From positions 1 through 43,507 of IMG/VR virus record IMGVR_UViG_3300005260_000002: 43,507 nt of DNA; one strand, given 5' to 3'. This stretch comes from a virus. Shown here in pieces: positions 15,988-24,790 of the stretch. Below the pieces are notes generated by a model. That model searched no databases and was not told the DNA's origin. It saw nothing but the letters and a program-made list of their open reading frames with translations. Position numbers and translations under genes: made by a program. Every line of letters starts with the position of its first letter. Position 1 is the stretch's first letter.

Positions 15988-16001
15988 TATTTCTCAAATT
16001 T

Positions 16002-17588
16002 TCAGTTGCAGTACGGCACCGTCGGAGGCGTGAAGTTTGCGCTCCATCTGGCGATGCCGACGCTGAACCTAAATTCGTCAATGTATCCGGTAAATGGCGA
16101 TGCTGTCACACTGCCTGTCTGACCAATACCCAAAACAGTGGAACTGTCAAAAACAGCCGAAGAACTTGTGCCGGGGAACGCCCCAGCTACGCCATCCACG
16201 TACAGCGTAAAAGTAGACCCGTTCCTTACCAGCGCAACGTGATGCCAAGCGGTGCCGTTTATGTTCGTTGCTGATTGCGCCAGTATGGATGCAAACGGGT
16301 TCATCTGCATTGAAGCGGAAAGTTGTCCAGCGGCGCTTACAGAGATAATCCAAGAGGCCGTACTAGTGGCTACACTTGTCTGTCCTGCGATATTCTCCCC
16401 GGCCGCAACACCATTGCGGTTTAGCCAAAAATCGACAGTGAAATTCCCTGAACCGACGGTCCAGTCTGTGCTGTCTGGTGTAGTAATCCAGCCACCGCCC
16501 CCGAGCATCGACGCAGTACCAAATTTTATTTGGCCTGTTGATGTCGTGCCGGGTGACGTGACTGTCCATGTATGCGCGCTTCCTCCTGCATTTACGTCAG
16601 GAAACGACGTGCCGCCGTTTGCTCCGTCCATGTGGAGCAGGATTTTCGTGAAACTATCGTTTCCAGCGATGCAGTTAGGAGGGAACGTGCTGTTGATCGA
16701 ATAGGCGACAATGACTACGCCAGAACCACCCGCACCGCCGGTTGAATTGCCAGCCGCCGGCGGATTGCCACCGCCACCGCCGCCGCCGCCTGTGTTCGCG
16801 GTTGCCGACGTTCCAGTAGCTGCGCCCGCCGCACCGGCGCCGCCGCCGCCAAGACCGCCAGCACCCACGACGCCAGCGCCGACGGCGCCACCACCACCGC
16901 CGCCCGCGTAAGTAGTGGGCGTGCCGCTAATCGACGACGCACTACCAGTACCACCAGCGCCGGCGCCGCCCGCAGCCGCGTTCGCTCCGACAGCCCCGGC
17001 ACCACCGCCACCGCCGCCACCGAATGGAGAAGTTGTAAGTCCGTTACCGCCGTTATTTCCCTGCCCCGCGGTGCCAGAGCTTCCTAGACCTGTACCGAAT
17101 CCGCCAAGCCCACCGCCGCCGCTTGCGCCAGTTACAGGTGTAGTGGTGCAACCGCCGCCGCCTGCGCCGCCGATGGACGTGACACCGAGCGCGCTGGAGG
17201 AAACGCCGCTGCCGCCTACCGCAGCGGCCGCAGCAGTGCCACCTGCGCCAACAAGAATTGAGTTCGAACCGGAGATAAAGAGTGTCCCCTGTTGGAAACC
17301 TCCGCTACCGCCGCCACCAGATGATCCGCCTGTAAAACAACCGCCGCCGCCTGCGCCGCCTCCGCCAACGATGAGATAATTTGCAGAACCAGCATTTACG
17401 CAGCTTAAGGTTCCACTCGACGTGAATGTGTGGACGCGCGTACTGCCGACAGTCGTGACCGTGCCGCCGGTACAGCTTAGGCGCTGCGCCATCCGCAAGG
17501 CATTGTTGATACCGGGTACGTTCTGCGCCTGAGCGACAGGCGCAAGAACAAGAAATAGCGCGAGTGCGAAGCGGAATAGTTTTTTCAT
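16002..17588 (-). CDS. Signal-peptide-bearing glycine-rich-domain protein with a C-terminal LamG/concanavalin-like domain (528 aa); fibre/receptor-binding-like
   Basis: MKKLFRFALALFLVLAPVAQA-QN. YLIVGGGGAGGGG ... GGSGVVIVAY glycine-rich domain. WHHVALVRNGSTFTLYVDG ... IDEFRFS is LamG-like. Confidence 0.7.
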   Translation of the reverse strand: MKKLFRFALALFLVLAPVAQAQNVPGINNALRMAQRLSCTGGTVTTVGSTRVHTFTSSGTLSCVNAGSANYLIVGGGGAGGGGCFTGGSSGGGGSGGFQQGTLFISGSNSILVGAGGTAAAAAVGGSGVSSSALGVTSIGGAGGGGCTTTPVTGASGGGGLGGFGTGLGSSGTAGQGNNGGNGLTTSPFGGGGGGGAGAVGANAAAGGAGAGGTGSASSISGTPTTYAGGGGGGAVGAGVVGAGGLGGGGAGAAGAATGTSATANTGGGGGGGGNPPAAGNSTGGAGGSGVVIVAYSINSTFPPNCIAGNDSFTKILLHMDGANGGTSFPDVNAGGSAHTWTVTSPGTTSTGQIKFGTASMLGGGGWITTPDSTDWTVGSGNFTVDFWLNRNGVAAGENIAGQTSVATSTASWIISVSAAGQLSASMQMNPFASILAQSATNINGTAWHHVALVRNGSTFTLYVDGVAGAFPGTSSSAVFDSSTVLGIGQTGSVTASPFTGYIDEFRFSVGIARWSANFTPPTVPYCN

Positions 17589-17589
17589 G

Positions 17590-18672
17590 TCAGTGCGCCA
17601 CCGCGTTCGCGATGCCGAACCAAATCTCTGACGTGGAGACGACGAAGTAACAGAGCGCATCCTGCGCGCTTAGCGTTGGCGTCAGTATTTGCGTCGAACT
17701 GCCACCGGTCGCAAACCACAGCGTGCCGTAAGCGATCGTCACGACTGTGCCAGACGCGGGCTGGCTGAAGAATATGCAACCCTGCCGCCCAACCATAGCA
17801 CTCGTAAGCGTCGGATTGGCGAGAGTGAAATTCGTTGCGGTTACAAGTTGGCAGGAAAAATTCATTCCGGCCGTGAGCGATGGCGTCACCGTAGCCGTGC
17901 CGCAACCAGTCGGTGAGATGAGTCCGGCAGCGCTCCCGAAAACATTGTCGGAGGTCAGAACCTTGTTCGACGCAGCGCCCCAGATATCGGAATTCGCTGC
18001 CTTGTCCACGTTGACGGTGATGGCGCCGGTAGTCGTTACGGGAGAACCGGATTGCGTGATGCCTGTACCTGCGGTGACACTGACGCTGGTGACAGTGCCC
18101 GTCGCCGTAGTGTTGCATCCGAACGCATGGGTGGATGTGTTGTAGGTCAGAGCTTTCGTCGCGCCCGAACAACTTCCAATTGCCGTAGCGATAGGAGGTC
18201 CTGACGAGCCTGTGGAGTTCGCCAAAAGATTATCGGCAGCGATGTTTGCGAGAGAATACGAAAACGCGCCAGAGCCGGTGATCGGAGATGATGTGCCAGA
18301 GAGCGAAAGACCGGTGCCCGCCGAATATCCAACGCTTGTGACGGTACCGGTCCCGCCAGTCGTGATCGAAACGCACTGCATGCCGGTGCCGTTGACGTAC
18401 ACCAGCGCATGGGTCCCATCATTCGCGCAAGCCGGGATAGTGTTGAAAATCGGGGCCGTCGTCGTGCCTGTCCAATTTCCGTACACAGTATTGGCTGCAG
18501 CCGTCGTCGTGCCACCGAGAAGCGATTTCAGGGTGGTGAATGGGATGGCCTGCGCTGGACCGGGACTAATGCCGGTGCGCCCCAACACAGAGTTCGCTGG
18601 CAGGGTCTGCGCGAGCGCCAATGACGGCAGGAGCGCGGCGAGGAATCCGAGGACTTTGGCTATCTGTTTCAT
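17590..18672 (-). CDS. Tail-fibre-like protein with an N-terminal signal-peptide-like segment (360 aa)
   Basis: MKQIAKVLGFLAALLPSLALA-QT, then LPANSVLGRTG...AQAIPF. Two GTVTSV..AGTG(L/I)..G.P(I/V)T..GA repeats. Confidence 0.7.
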   Translation of the reverse strand: MKQIAKVLGFLAALLPSLALAQTLPANSVLGRTGISPGPAQAIPFTTLKSLLGGTTTAAANTVYGNWTGTTTAPIFNTIPACANDGTHALVYVNGTGMQCVSITTGGTGTVTSVGYSAGTGLSLSGTSSPITGSGAFSYSLANIAADNLLANSTGSSGPPIATAIGSCSGATKALTYNTSTHAFGCNTTATGTVTSVSVTAGTGITQSGSPVTTTGAITVNVDKAANSDIWGAASNKVLTSDNVFGSAAGLISPTGCGTATVTPSLTAGMNFSCQLVTATNFTLANPTLTSAMVGRQGCIFFSQPASGTVVTIAYGTLWFATGGSSTQILTPTLSAQDALCYFVVSTSEIWFGIANAVAH

Positions 18673-18695
18673 GCCCCGACGCTAGAATTCGGGGC
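18673..18695 (-). promoter_or_regulatory. Hairpin GCCCCGA/TCGGGGC abutting the fibre-gene ATG
   Basis: 7-bp stem and 9-nt loop. The arm adjacent to the ATG contains the only G-rich SD-like run. Confidence 0.5.
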
Positions 18696-18701
18696 ATCAT
18701 C

Positions 18702-18713
18702 GGCAACGCACCG
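18702..18713 (-). promoter_or_regulatory. Late-strand motif copy 2 (coding strand CG-GTGCGTTG-CC), 31 nt before ATG 18672
   Basis: Exact 8-mer at 18704-18711 in the 44-nt gap between the AP2/HNH-like gene and the fibre gene. Confidence 0.55.
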
Positions 18714-18716
18714 AGC

Positions 18717-19235
18717 CTATGGCTGGGGGCGATGTTCCACGGCTCGCCGGACGCGCGGTCGCTTATTCATTCTCTGCTCGTGGTCAGTCGCCCAGCGGCA
18801 GTTGGCGGGCTCATAGTTTCCGTCGACATTGATCCTATCAATACTGTGCTTTGCGGACGGTTTCCTTCCCATATCCGCCAGAAAGTTCTCGTAGCTGTTC
18901 AGCCAGCGATCACAGACCTTTATTCCGCGACCGCCATAGCTTGGATACCGTTCCGTGTTGGGGTTATTGCAGCGCGATTTTATGTGACACCAAGCGATGT
19001 ATTCGCGCGCCCTTGCCGACTCCTTCCCGTCACCGTGCCGTGAAATTATGGAGTGCCAATTCTTCTTTTTCTCGCAACCGCAATTCGATGATTTCCCATA
19101 AGTGAGATTGAAGCCATCAACCACTTTTGTAGTACCGCAGTCGCATCGGCACAGATATTGCGGCTTTGATTTCACGACATCCGAAAGTTTAAGGACAGAC
19201 CACCTCCCGAACTTAACGCCGATTTCGAGTCGCAT
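18717..19235 (-). CDS. Free-standing AP2/HNH-endonuclease-associated DNA-binding-domain protein (172 aa)
   Basis: FGRWSVL...YLCRCDCGTTKVV...CGC and YIAWCHIKSRCNNPNTERYPSYGGRGIKVCDRWLNSYENFLADMGRKP...IDRINVDGNYEPANCRWAT. Low GC. ATG 19268 is an alternative start. Confidence 0.7.
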   Translation of the reverse strand: MRLEIGVKFGRWSVLKLSDVVKSKPQYLCRCDCGTTKVVDGFNLTYGKSSNCGCEKKKNWHSIISRHGDGKESARAREYIAWCHIKSRCNNPNTERYPSYGGRGIKVCDRWLNSYENFLADMGRKPSAKHSIDRINVDGNYEPANCRWATDHEQRMNKRPRVRRAVEHRPQP

Positions 19236-22200
19236 TTTCCATTCTCCGCTTCTGTTCATCTGTAGCATATTGATAGAAATCGCGCAGCCCCTTGGTGCTG
19301 AGCCGGGTGGCCGGGTTCAGCGTGGTGCGCACATAGAACCGCTGCAAGCCGGACGGGACGCCGAGTTCCGTCATGCGCGCTTGCGCGCCAGGAATATCGC
19401 CCCGCTGAATTTGCTTTCGGATGTCCGGCATGGCGTTCTGCACCGCAAAATCATGCTGCGTTCGAGCCGCGTACATCTCGCCCACGGCGGGCCCGCCCGG
19501 CGCACCCTTGGAGAAGGTGACCCCGAGGAACGGGCCGAAAGCCTGCGCCTCGTTCACTGTCTTGTCGCCCTGCCCCTTCACCAAGTCCCATGCCGCGCCG
19601 ATCTGGCCGGTCGGAAACTGCGACCCCGCGATGTGCGCCGCGATGCGAGCCACGTTCTTGAGGTAGCCCGCCGTGGTGTCTGCATTCGGGTCATAGACCT
19701 TGCGGCCGAAACCGGCATCGTTCGATAGGATTTGCCATGCCGGCCGAAAGATCGTCCCCTGCTTCTTGCGCATCATATCCAGCGGGCCGGTCATGTAGCC
19801 GGTGAATTCTTCGCCGATCTTGCCGACCGGGTTGCGCATGTAGATTGCAGTCCCATCCTTGGTTTGGCCGATCTTGAGGCGGTCACCGCGGCCCGGCTCA
19901 TTCTCGCTGGTCGAACTGAGTTGCTCGAGGAAATGGAACGGCTGCAACAGCGACAGCGGATGCTCCTGCACCTTCTGCAGCGCGTGCGACATTCGCTCAG
20001 CATAGCCGCGCAGTTCGTCGCTCAGCGTGTTGTCGCCGCGCATGACGTTGATGCCGCTTTGCAGCAGCGAGTTGCCGACGTACATCATTGCGATGTCGAG
20101 CCCGATGACAGCAGCAGCCTTCCGGCGCGCGAGGCTCTTGGCATATCCCACGGCCTCGGGATTGACCTTTCCGGTGTCGCGCTCGATCTGCGCGAGAACG
20201 TCTTTCGGCAGGCCAGTCGCCATGTCCTTGAGGACGCCGAGGTTGCCGAGCGTGAAGGACCGCGAGAACAGGAGCATGTTCGCGACCTTGGTCGCCCCGT
20301 CCGACATCGCCTCTTTCGGCAGCGCGCCCGCATATCGGTTCGCCCAGTGCGCCGCCATGCGAGATGAGGTCGTGCGGTCGATGCCCTTCGCCATGGCGTC
20401 GTCCATGAAGTTCTTGTACAGACCCACCTGCAAATCGGCGATGCGGTCCCACAGCAGCGTGTTGTGCCAGAAGTCGCCCGCCTTATCGACCGCGCGCTTG
20501 ACGGCCACACCAGCCGCCTCATCGAACAGCCCCGGCACCGCCGCGAGAACCTTCGAGGTCCACGACCGGCCCGGCGTCAGGTCCGGAGCTTCCATGATCG
20601 AGGTGATGTCCTGATTAAAGAATCGATGACCGATCGGCACTAGGCCGTTGTCGATCGCTTCCCGCATCAGCGGCACGTTGTTCTTCGCGCGGTTGCCCTC
20701 GAAATAGACCTTGAACGACGCCACCTTCCCCGGCATCGCGGGCATGGCGCGGCCCCACTCCACCGCGTTGTGGATCATCGGAGAGTTCATGATGAGGCTC
20801 ATGGTCTTGCCCTTGAGCGACATCATCGCGCCATATAGCGGGCCGCTTTGATGCGTCAGCACCGCGCGCAACGGCCCCTCGAAATCGCCGTGGACGTAAA
20901 TCGGTGCCTGCTCGAATACCGGATGACCTTCGGCATCCAGCACGGCCTTGCCTTGGTCGAACCTTGGCCGCCATGTGCGGAATGACGGATGGTCCATCGT
21001 GAACCACTTCGTGTCCGACCCGACGGGAATCGCACCCTCGACAACGGTGTCGGTGCCGGTATGTGCGCCGTAATCCTTGATGTTGTTGATGAGCGTGCGG
21101 CCAGCGATGGCGTCTTCCAGCTTCGATGTCGCCAGCGGCAGCACGCGAATATCGCGTGCCAGCATCGCCTCATCGCCAAACTTGGCCTTGGCCGCCGCTT
21201 CTGTCTCGCCAGATTCCAGATAGTTGCGCCTGAGCATGTTCGCCGTGCGCGTCTTGAGGTTCGACCCGATGCCGTTCAGCGACAGCGCCGCGTCACCACT
21301 GCCGGCCGATGCCGTGTTGATGACCATGCGGGGGGTGTACGACGGCAGTCCCTCGCCCTCGACCATCCCGATGTCGCGGGCGCGGAGCCATGCATTCTGG
21401 GCGCGGGTCTGCATCTCATCGACGGCGGCGCGCTCGGCAGGATCGAGGGTGGCAAGACCCTGGTGCTCGCGGAAGTGCGCCGGTTCGCCAAGCTGGCGCG
21501 ACACGCTTTCCTCGTCAGCGGCATTCCACATGCGCGTGCGCTGCTCGGGCGTGAACCGCTTTGCGATATCGTCGTCAATGCGGGACCAATCCCATCGGTT
21601 GCGCCGGAGCGCATTGGCGAAGTCCTTCACCATTGCGGTGCTGTCTCGTGTGCCCGTAGCCATCGGAGCGACGAGTTTTTGCGCGTCCCGGCCGATGTCG
21701 AGCAGCGTATCCCCGGCTTCCTGGAACGCCGCTGCCAGCCGTCCTGCGGGCTGTGCAGGCTGCACGTCGAGCGGCACGTCAATCGGGGGATCGGTTGCGG
21801 CCGCACCAAGGTTGCCCGGCTTGCCGCCGGTTTCGGTCAGCACCAGTTCATCGGCTGGGTCGAGCTTGACCTCGTGCGGCTTGGCGGTGATCTCGTTTTT
21901 GATAAAGGCGTCCGTCTGCGCGTCATGGATCGCCTCGGCCGGGTGGATGCCATCCTCGCTCCACATGCGCTTGAGGTTTCCCTCGGCGTGCGGAGATTCC
22001 ATAATCTTGCCGCCATTGGTGAAATCCTGCGGGCGCGGCAGTCCGCCGACAGGCTGATCGGCAATGCCAGCATCGGTCATAGCGGGACGCGAGAACCGGC
22101 CCATGCCGCCCTCGATCATCGCCCAGTTGCCCGCGTTGATGACCTCGTTCTTGGCGCGGTTCGCGGTGCCCTGCGAGCCACCGAATTCCTCGACGATCTG

Positions 22201-22617
22201 GCCCATCGCGCCGCCCGCGCCATGGATGCCCGCATTCACTGCGGTGGTGATCGCCTGCCATGCCTGCGCGGCCGGAAGCACGACCGACTCGTTCATGAAC
22301 TGAAGCGGTGTTGCTCGGCCTTTCGCCGGGTCGTGGAAAATCCCGGTGTCCACAAGATCGGACATCGTTTCGTTTGAAAGGCCGGTCGGCGTGGTGCCGG
22401 AGATGCCTTCCTTGCCCTCCTTCATCGCGCTGTCGAATATCCGGCTCAGCGCCTGCCCCGCGCGCACGCGGTCGAGGAACGCCTCAGGGATCGCCTGATT
22501 CTCAAGGTTTCCCTCTTGCGGCGCTGGCTTGCTGACCGGCTCCCAATCATCCTGTTCGGCGACTGCTGGCGCTTTCGCTACCGGCTCCCAGTCGTCTTGC
22601 GGAGCGGCCGCGCTCAT
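19213..22617 (-). CDS. Large internal virion / DNA-ejection protein, gp16-position (1134 aa)
   Basis: ATGA overlap with the upstream gene. Size and position after the tubular and core genes in T7 order. N-terminal tandem DDWEPV(A/S)K. Confidence 0.65.
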   Translation of the reverse strand: MSAAAPQDDWEPVAKAPAVAEQDDWEPVSKPAPQEGNLENQAIPEAFLDRVRAGQALSRIFDSAMKEGKEGISGTTPTGLSNETMSDLVDTGIFHDPAKGRATPLQFMNESVVLPAAQAWQAITTAVNAGIHGAGGAMGQIVEEFGGSQGTANRAKNEVINAGNWAMIEGGMGRFSRPAMTDAGIADQPVGGLPRPQDFTNGGKIMESPHAEGNLKRMWSEDGIHPAEAIHDAQTDAFIKNEITAKPHEVKLDPADELVLTETGGKPGNLGAAATDPPIDVPLDVQPAQPAGRLAAAFQEAGDTLLDIGRDAQKLVAPMATGTRDSTAMVKDFANALRRNRWDWSRIDDDIAKRFTPEQRTRMWNAADEESVSRQLGEPAHFREHQGLATLDPAERAAVDEMQTRAQNAWLRARDIGMVEGEGLPSYTPRMVINTASAGSGDAALSLNGIGSNLKTRTANMLRRNYLESGETEAAAKAKFGDEAMLARDIRVLPLATSKLEDAIAGRTLINNIKDYGAHTGTDTVVEGAIPVGSDTKWFTMDHPSFRTWRPRFDQGKAVLDAEGHPVFEQAPIYVHGDFEGPLRAVLTHQSGPLYGAMMSLKGKTMSLIMNSPMIHNAVEWGRAMPAMPGKVASFKVYFEGNRAKNNVPLMREAIDNGLVPIGHRFFNQDITSIMEAPDLTPGRSWTSKVLAAVPGLFDEAAGVAVKRAVDKAGDFWHNTLLWDRIADLQVGLYKNFMDDAMAKGIDRTTSSRMAAHWANRYAGALPKEAMSDGATKVANMLLFSRSFTLGNLGVLKDMATGLPKDVLAQIERDTGKVNPEAVGYAKSLARRKAAAVIGLDIAMMYVGNSLLQSGINVMRGDNTLSDELRGYAERMSHALQKVQEHPLSLLQPFHFLEQLSSTSENEPGRGDRLKIGQTKDGTAIYMRNPVGKIGEEFTGYMTGPLDMMRKKQGTIFRPAWQILSNDAGFGRKVYDPNADTTAGYLKNVARIAAHIAGSQFPTGQIGAAWDLVKGQGDKTVNEAQAFGPFLGVTFSKGAPGGPAVGEMYAARTQHDFAVQNAMPDIRKQIQRGDIPGAQARMTELGVPSGLQRFYVRTTLNPATRLSTKGLRDFYQYATDEQKRRMENATRNRR

Positions 22618-24290
22618 GGCTTCACCATTTCGCCGTTCGCATTGTAGACCTTGCCTGTCGATCCATCCCGGTACATCTGCCGCTTCGGCGACCACTGAAG
22701 GTCAGCGATTCCGCGAAGGCTTGGCGGTGGTTCTGGCCGTTGCGCGGCTGTCTGCGGCGCCAGCGGTGCAGGCTTCTCGGGCTGGGCCGGTGCTGCTGCC
22801 TTCGCGTTCAAATCCTCCTGCATCGAACTCTGATACTTGCGCAGGTTCGCGGGCTTGCCGATGAAATATTCCGACGACGGATCGTAAATCAGGTGGGGGT
22901 CGAGCCCCTTGCGTTGGAGATCAGCCTCCCGGCGGCGTGCATCCATCTCGGCCGCATACATCTTCGGCGAGCCCTGAATGGGATCATACAGGCCGCCAGT
23001 GATCGCGCCCGCATACTGCTTGAAGAACGTGGTGCGGTCGCGGTTCAGCGCCTGCCCTTCCGGCGTGCGGATGTTGGCGTATTCCTTTTGCAGGAAATTG
23101 AAATCCCCTGTGTTCAGCTTGCCGTCGCCGTAAGCCTGATAAATGGCATCGTTGCTCGTCAGGCGGCTTGCGTCGGTCGAGCGAATCTTCGCCAGCAAAT
23201 CCATGGTGGCGGCGTGCGACACCGGCCCGAGGGGTTCCGGCTTATCGAGCCGCGCGGTGATCCGTTCGCCATTGTCGACCATCTGCTTGAGGCGTGACGG
23301 TTCGAGCATCGCGCCCGGCATCTGGCCGATCTCGCGGACCTTCTGCCAGTAATCTTTCGGCAGCGTCGGACGGCCCGTTGCATCTGCGGGGATCGTCGAG
23401 AGTTCGAGGTCGTTCGCAGCTTTGTGGAAATCCTGCTTTGCGGTGTAGTCGGCCATCACGCGGGCATTGGTCTGCTCTGAACGTGCCAACCGCGCATTGG
23501 TGCGCGCGTATCCGATGATGGTCTTTGCCTCGTCGCCCTTGATGAAGTCGGAATACTTGCCGCTCTCAAGCTGCTTCACCGCCTCGTCGGGGTTCTTCTC
23601 CGCGACTCCCATGAACCATGACTTGACGATCTGCTCCTTCGCGTTTTGCAGGAGCGGCCCGGAAACTTTCGCGGCTGCGGTCGCATCGAGGTTCGGGCTT
23701 GAACTTGCCAGCGCGCCGACGGACGATTCCGCAGTCTTCAATGCGAAGTCGAGTGATGCCGGATCGCTGCGCACCGTGCTCGAAAGCTTGTTGACGGTCG
23801 TCGAATAATTCTGCTGAACCGCGATCCCCGCCAGCGTCGACATATCCGCGCTGGTGGTCTTGAACATCTGCTGACGCAGCGAGTCGATATGCTGCTCGGC
23901 ATATTTCTGGCCGCCCTCGGTGTTAAAGCTGCCGGTGAATTTTTCGAGGCTCGGGTTTACGATGTCGTCGATGAACTTGCCAGCCGTCGATGGGTCGTTC
24001 GGATCGGCGTTCTTGGCCGTCTCATTCCATTGCGTGAGCAGATTGTTCTGCAATGTCGCGAAGCCAGCAGCGCCTTTGCTGATTTCGTCATGTTCCATGT
24101 ATTTCACGGCGACATCGCCAGCGGTCTTAATCGCCGAGCCAAATTCCGCTCCCGTCTGCCGGAGCGAATCCGCAGCCTGATTGAAGAACGCACCTCCACG
24201 GCGTGCAGCACCAGCGACCGCCTCAACGCCGGTTTGAGATGGCTGAAGCCCAATCCCCGCTGGCGCATCATAAGAGCGAATATTAGGCAT
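22614..24290 (-). CDS. Internal virion protein, gp15-position (558 aa)
   Basis: Long ORF with good composition; synteny. Confidence 0.6.
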   Translation of the reverse strand: MPNIRSYDAPAGIGLQPSQTGVEAVAGAARRGGAFFNQAADSLRQTGAEFGSAIKTAGDVAVKYMEHDEISKGAAGFATLQNNLLTQWNETAKNADPNDPSTAGKFIDDIVNPSLEKFTGSFNTEGGQKYAEQHIDSLRQQMFKTTSADMSTLAGIAVQQNYSTTVNKLSSTVRSDPASLDFALKTAESSVGALASSSPNLDATAAAKVSGPLLQNAKEQIVKSWFMGVAEKNPDEAVKQLESGKYSDFIKGDEAKTIIGYARTNARLARSEQTNARVMADYTAKQDFHKAANDLELSTIPADATGRPTLPKDYWQKVREIGQMPGAMLEPSRLKQMVDNGERITARLDKPEPLGPVSHAATMDLLAKIRSTDASRLTSNDAIYQAYGDGKLNTGDFNFLQKEYANIRTPEGQALNRDRTTFFKQYAGAITGGLYDPIQGSPKMYAAEMDARRREADLQRKGLDPHLIYDPSSEYFIGKPANLRKYQSSMQEDLNAKAAAPAQPEKPAPLAPQTAAQRPEPPPSLRGIADLQWSPKRQMYRDGSTGKVYNANGEMVKP

Positions 24291-24299
24291 GTTCCATCC

Positions 24300-24788
24300 T
24301 CAAGCCAGCGTTGCTAGCGCGGCAATTCCCTTAAGCCCGCTGGAAATAAAAGAGCCGATCCCTGCATTATCCGCAGCATCGGCGGCAGCGCGCGCCGCCT
24401 CCGCCATCGTGGCGTAGGATTGCGCCTGCTCCTTGTATCCAGCCTCGGTGATCTCGCCCTGTTGCTCCGTAACGGATTTGACGAGGCTGCCTTGCGAGGC
24501 TGCGTCACGCATCACGTCGAGCGCCGATCCGGACGCGGCAAATCCTGCACCGGCCACGTCTGCCGACGTGCGCCCCATGGATTGGTAAATCGTGCGCTCG
24601 TTCTGCGCCTGCTTGATGCCGGTGGACTGCTCGGTGTATTCGGCGTTCTGCGTAGCAAGTTTCGACGCGAGGTCATAGTTCTCTGCTTCGAACAGATCGC
24701 CCTTCGCCTTGGCCTGATTGCCAAACCCAGCGAACAGGTCAGAGACCGCGCCGCCTGCTGCCGAGAATGTGTCTTTTCCAAATGCCAT
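24300..24788 (-). CDS. Small internal virion protein, gp14-position (162 aa)
   Basis: Internal ATG (MAFGKDTFSAAGGAVSDLFAGFG...) of ORF 24300..24974; synteny. Confidence 0.6.
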   Translation of the reverse strand: MAFGKDTFSAAGGAVSDLFAGFGNQAKAKGDLFEAENYDLASKLATQNAEYTEQSTGIKQAQNERTIYQSMGRTSADVAGAGFAASGSALDVMRDAASQGSLVKSVTEQQGEITEAGYKEQAQSYATMAEAARAAADAADNAGIGSFISSGLKGIAALATLA

Positions 24789-24790
24789 GG

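Noticed and set aside
16711-17379. Poly-proline ORFs on the plus strand (16711..16911 and 16915..17379)
   Set aside because: They are the reverse complement of the GGN-rich glycine domain of the minus-strand LamG protein, so they are an artefact.
16002-19268. Diversity-generating retroelement near the fibre genes (expected because the Bbp19-like gene recalls BPP-1-type phages)
   Set aside because: No reverse transcriptase ORF and no template/variable repeat pair could be found anywhere in the window.
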